The translations under genes and the position numbers were made by a program. A stretch of 62,984 nt of DNA, filler included. It is 4 parts of 4 records of this genome, joined end to end, with 100 filler letters (N's around TTAATTAATTAA, not from the genome) between each part and the next. Parts side by side here need not be neighbours in the genome. Positions count along the whole stretch, not along the records: positions 56,596 to 62,984 come from SRR20825006_1187; 3 more parts are not named here. One strand, written 5' to 3'. The notes below the pieces were generated by a model. It did no database searches. It worked only from the letters and a program-made list of their open reading frames with translations, and was not told the DNA's origin. Shown piece after piece: positions 59,588 to 62,984 of the stretch (within the stretch, counting starts at the first letter, position 1; the number at the start of each line of letters is the position of its first letter).

Positions 59588-62215
59588 TCAGAGCGTCTCG
59601 TACAACACCAGGACCTCATCTCCCGAGCTGCCGAGCGCTGGCCTCGCTGCCCCAAAGAAGGAGATCGAGTTGGTCTTCGCGTCGTAGACGTAGCCGTTCA
59701 GGCGATCGCGCGCGACCTCCTGACCTGCCACAAAGACCCGCAGCGACTCCATCACCGGGCGGTCACGCAACACGTAGGGAGAGGCCTCTCCAGAGAGCCT
59801 GAGCACATACTCGCCATACCAATCCTGGATCGTCTGTGATGGCTCGCACAGGCTCACCGACACGCCTCCGGTCAGGTACGTCATCTCGCGATACCCGAAC
59901 GCATTCTCGCCACACGAGATGCCATCGGAGACCGCGCTGAACACTGTCGTGCGACCCTTGTACCTCGCCCCTACACGCGCGAGCAGATCATCCTGATCGC
60001 TGTAAGAGATCCCGTCCGGGCTCAGCAAGAACTTGATCGACTGCGCGTTCTCGTCGGTAAAGAACAGCGTCCCGACCACCGCGTCAGCGCGAATGCGTGC
60101 GTTCGCGGGCGCCCCGAAACCGCTCATGTATTCGAGCCCAGAATAACCCGCGAAGAGACCGTATTCATGGTCTCCGGTGCAGTCGAACGGACCGAAGTTT
60201 CGGACGCAATCGATGGCGTAGAACTGGATCTCACTGCCAAAGATTCCCGTCGCCCCAGGATCGCTGATCCACCCTGTGCCGGGGCGCAACCTCCCCTCGA
60301 AGCCCGCCTCCATATTCGCCACGCCGACACGCCAGTCGAGCATGCTCCCGCGCAATGCGCCGAGATACGTCGAGAGGTTCTGTTGGATCTGCGCGAGCTC
60401 CTCGGGGATCGAGCCCGAATGATCGAGCACCCAGTGCAGCTCTGCTCGTGGCGCTTGTGCCAGCGGCATGAAGTTGTCACAACGCACCGTCGGCGTCCCT
60501 GACATCTTCATCGCGATGCTTCCACCAGCGGCGAAGTCTCGCGTCAACGCGTGCGCGCCAGGATCACTGAAGTAATCGGGCGCACGACTCACGCCGACCC
60601 GAATAAGATGCGCCCCGGCGCTTCGCTCGATGTCGAGGACGTGAATCACAAAGGCCCCAGGAGCCATACTCCCACCGCCAGGGAGATCAGGTTGAAAGGC
60701 GCTCGCGGGCTCGCCGGTCAACGTCGCGACCAGGCCATCGCGCATCTGCTCGACGCTCACGGCGCTCGTGCGTTTCAGGTAGAAGACGCTCGCGGTGGCC
60801 TCGAAGCCATCGCGAGTCTCGAAGCTCGCTATGTGCGCAGGAGACCCCAACCCATCGAGCTTCGCGGAGCTCTCTGAAGCGACGATGAAGCCCGCCACAG
60901 GCGCGCCGCTCGAGCGCCGGAAGGTCGCGACAGACTTCACACGGCTCGAAGGCCGCGTGGAGCCATGCGTGGTATAATCCACGACATCTCCGCCAAGATA
61001 CACCGTCCAATCACCGGCCACGTCGTCACGCGTCGAGTAACCCGCAGGACCTGCGTTCTGGCATGTGCTCACGAAACCTCGCGAGGCATCCTGCACGCCA
61101 TCATTGAACGTGGACGCCTCGGTCGGGTCGAGCCCGAACGCGACCTCATCGAAGTCATCGAGGCCATCACCATCCGTATCGAGGAGGTTCGGATCGGAGC
61201 CATACTCCTTGACCTCCTCGCCGTCGAGCAGACCATCCCCATCGCTATCCTCGACCAACGGATCGGTGCCATCGCGCAAGACCTCGAAACCATCCTCGAG
61301 GCCATCTCCGTCCGTATCGAGGAGGTTCGGGTCTGTGCGCGTGACGACGATCTCCTCGGAGTCCGAGAGCCCATCGAAGTCCGAGTCCACGAGCGTCGGA
61401 TCTGTGAGCGACTCGTCGACCTCGTAACCATCGCCGAGGCCATCCATGTCGGTGTCGGCGAGGTTGGGATCGGAGCCCACATCGCGCACTTCATCCGTAT
61501 CCGTGAGCCCGTCATCGTCACTGTCTGAGAGGTTCGGGTTCGTCGCGTAGGTCTCGACCTCTTCGAAATCACTCAGGCCATCGCCATCGCTGTCCGCGCG
61601 AACCGGGCTCGATCCGACCTCGTTCACCTCGCGCGCGTCCGAGAGGCCATCGTTGTCAGAATCCGCCCGGTTTGGCCGACTCCCGATGAGGACCTCCTCG
61701 GCATCCGAGAGGCCATCCATGTCGGTGTCGGCGATGTTGGGATCGGAGCGGTGTGTGAGGATCTCCTCGGCATCCGAGAGACCATCAGCGTCGCTATCCG
61801 CCAGGTTCGGATCGGTCTGATAAATCTCGACCTCGTTGGGATCGCTCAGGCCATCTCCGTCCGAGTCTCCAACGGATGGGTCCGTGCCGTGATCGCGCAC
61901 CTCCTCGAAATCACTCAGGCCATCTCCATCGGTGTCCGGGTTAAAGGGGTTGGAGCCGATCGCCTCCTCTTCACAATCACTCAACCCGTCGAGATCACCA
62001 TCCGCGCGCCCGAGGCACTCCTCTTCGCTCGGTTCCGGGAGCGGCCCGAGCTCTGCGCGAACATCCCAGGGGATCTCGTCAGCGACCTCCCAGTCGCGCT
62101 CGACCTCGGACTCGCGCGCGGCTTCGAAGTCGTGGTTGCGACCGCAGGCAGAAACAACCAGCAGACACGCGCAGGAAAAGAGCGTCCATCGAAGACGCGA
62201 TCCTCGGTCGTTCAC
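59588..62215 (-). CDS. Lipoprotein with 13 Ca-binding DxDxDG repeats and a VWA domain (CglD-like adhesin)
   Basis: Lipobox VSAC; D[ST]DxDGLxDxxE repeats about 24 aa apart; [13 protein letters not shown] and FFTDE. Confidence 0.8.
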   Translation of the reverse strand: MNDRGSRLRWTLFSCACLLVVSACGRNHDFEAARESEVERDWEVADEIPWDVRAELGPLPEPSEEECLGRADGDLDGLSDCEEEAIGSNPFNPDTDGDGLSDFEEVRDHGTDPSVGDSDGDGLSDPNEVEIYQTDPNLADSDADGLSDAEEILTHRSDPNIADTDMDGLSDAEEVLIGSRPNRADSDNDGLSDAREVNEVGSSPVRADSDGDGLSDFEEVETYATNPNLSDSDDDGLTDTDEVRDVGSDPNLADTDMDGLGDGYEVDESLTDPTLVDSDFDGLSDSEEIVVTRTDPNLLDTDGDGLEDGFEVLRDGTDPLVEDSDGDGLLDGEEVKEYGSDPNLLDTDGDGLDDFDEVAFGLDPTEASTFNDGVQDASRGFVSTCQNAGPAGYSTRDDVAGDWTVYLGGDVVDYTTHGSTRPSSRVKSVATFRRSSGAPVAGFIVASESSAKLDGLGSPAHIASFETRDGFEATASVFYLKRTSAVSVEQMRDGLVATLTGEPASAFQPDLPGGGSMAPGAFVIHVLDIERSAGAHLIRVGVSRAPDYFSDPGAHALTRDFAAGGSIAMKMSGTPTVRCDNFMPLAQAPRAELHWVLDHSGSIPEELAQIQQNLSTYLGALRGSMLDWRVGVANMEAGFEGRLRPGTGWISDPGATGIFGSEIQFYAIDCVRNFGPFDCTGDHEYGLFAGYSGLEYMSGFGAPANARIRADAVVGTLFFTDENAQSIKFLLSPDGISYSDQDDLLARVGARYKGRTTVFSAVSDGISCGENAFGYREMTYLTGGVSVSLCEPSQTIQDWYGEYVLRLSGEASPYVLRDRPVMESLRVFVAGQEVARDRLNGYVYDAKTNSISFFGAARPALGSSGDEVLVLYETL

Positions 62216-62263
62216 AACAACCTCTCGAAGTGAAGTATTGTTTATTGGATAAGGGTAACCCCT

Positions 62264-62305
62264 TGCAAAAGGGAGTATAAATGCAAAAGGGTGTAACGCA
62301 AAGAG
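62264..62305. promoter_or_regulatory. Direct repeats upstream of the adhesin gene
   Basis: TGCAAAAGGGAGTA / TGCAAAAGGGTGTA at an 18-bp period plus partial CGCAAAGAG. Confidence 0.45.
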
Positions 62306-62984
62306 CTAGCCACCGAGGTCGTGGACCTCACCAGCGCGCGTTTTCATGTCGGGGAGTGTGATCGCGAAGCGCGAGCCCACGCCGACCTCGCTCTCGACCT
62401 CGATTCGGCCACCGAGCAAATGCACCAGGTGGCGAGTGATCGTCAGCCCGAGCCCTGTCCCGCCGTAAGCTCGACGCACAGAGTTGTCGCCCTGATTAAA
62501 CGCCTCGAAGAGCTTCGCGATTTGCTCCTCGGGGATACCGATCCCATTGTCGCTCACGGTCAAGACGATCCCACCTCCAGCATTCTTGGCGGGCAGGTTC
62601 GCGCTGATACGAACCTGCCCGGAGGTCGTGAACTTGGTGGCGTTGCTGGCGAGGTTGAGGAGAATTTGCCTGACCTTGATACGATCGCTGCGCATCTTGG
62701 GGAGCTGCTCGTCGACGTCGAGGATGACCTCATTGGCGTTGCTTTTGGCGATCGGCGCGATCGTCGAGTGAACATCGTGGACGAGCACGGCGACGTCGAA
62801 CTCCTCGACGAAAAGATCCATGCGCCCCGCCTCGATTCGAGAGAGATCGAGGATCTCGGAGATCAGCGTCAACAGGTGGCGCGCCGAGGATTCGATCTTG
62901 TCCATATCAGGCAGGGCATCCTCGAGCGTGATCTCTTCGGCCTCCTCGCGGATAAGCTCGGAGTAGCCGATGATGGCGTTGAGC
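62306..62984 (-). CDS. Sensor histidine kinase, 3' part
   Basis: LNAIIGYSELI, ILDLSRIEAG, NATKFT, GGTGLGL. Confidence 0.9.
   Translation of the reverse strand, partial: LNAIIGYSELIREEAEEITLEDALPDMDKIESSARHLLTLISEILDLSRIEAGRMDLFVEEFDVAVLVHDVHSTIAPIAKSNANEVILDVDEQLPKMRSDRIKVRQILLNLASNATKFTTSGQVRISANLPAKNAGGGIVLTVSDNGIGIPEEQIAKLFEAFNQGDNSVRRAYGGTGLGLTITRHLVHLLGGRIEVESEVGVGSRFAITLPDMKTRAGEVHDLGG

Noticed and set aside
61105-62002. Roughly 72-bp periodic DNA repeats as a CRISPR array
   Set aside because: Degenerate at third codon positions and in frame; they encode Ca-binding protein repeats.

Overview
The window is not one locus. It is four unrelated contigs joined by artificial N44-TTAATTAATTAA-N44 spacers. 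(1) 1-24694 is gammaproteobacterial, with Alcanivorax-like gene content: lipid and acyl-CoA genes, exported MsrAB and a LigE-type ligase, a penicillin-acylase lipoprotein, a MerR/EphD/M24/hydrolase cluster and PAS-GGDEF-EAL next to uvrD. Six of its intergenic spaces carry arrays of 7-nt repeats; four are closed by an inverted 7-nt array and the unit sequence changes between loci. (2) 24795-50668 is a Rhizobiales core region (hss, pabB, pepF, DUF882, gcrA, argD-argF, hslO, emrAB, gltX-lysS and others), with a candidate speF-type leader RNA upstream of hss. (3) 50769-56495 is alphaproteobacterial: a Fur-boxed FecI-FecR-TonB receptor cassette, uronate dehydrogenase and a TRAP permease. (4) 56596-62984 is Myxococcota/Bradymonadales-like: a DUF4258 gene whose RBS is locked in a 17-bp hairpin, a histidine-kinase remnant, an LRR protein and a CglD-like lipoprotein with Ca-binding repeats and a VWA domain. 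No CRISPR array, rRNA, tRNA or transposase was recognised. Taxonomic and family calls come from motif recognition by eye; no database search was run.
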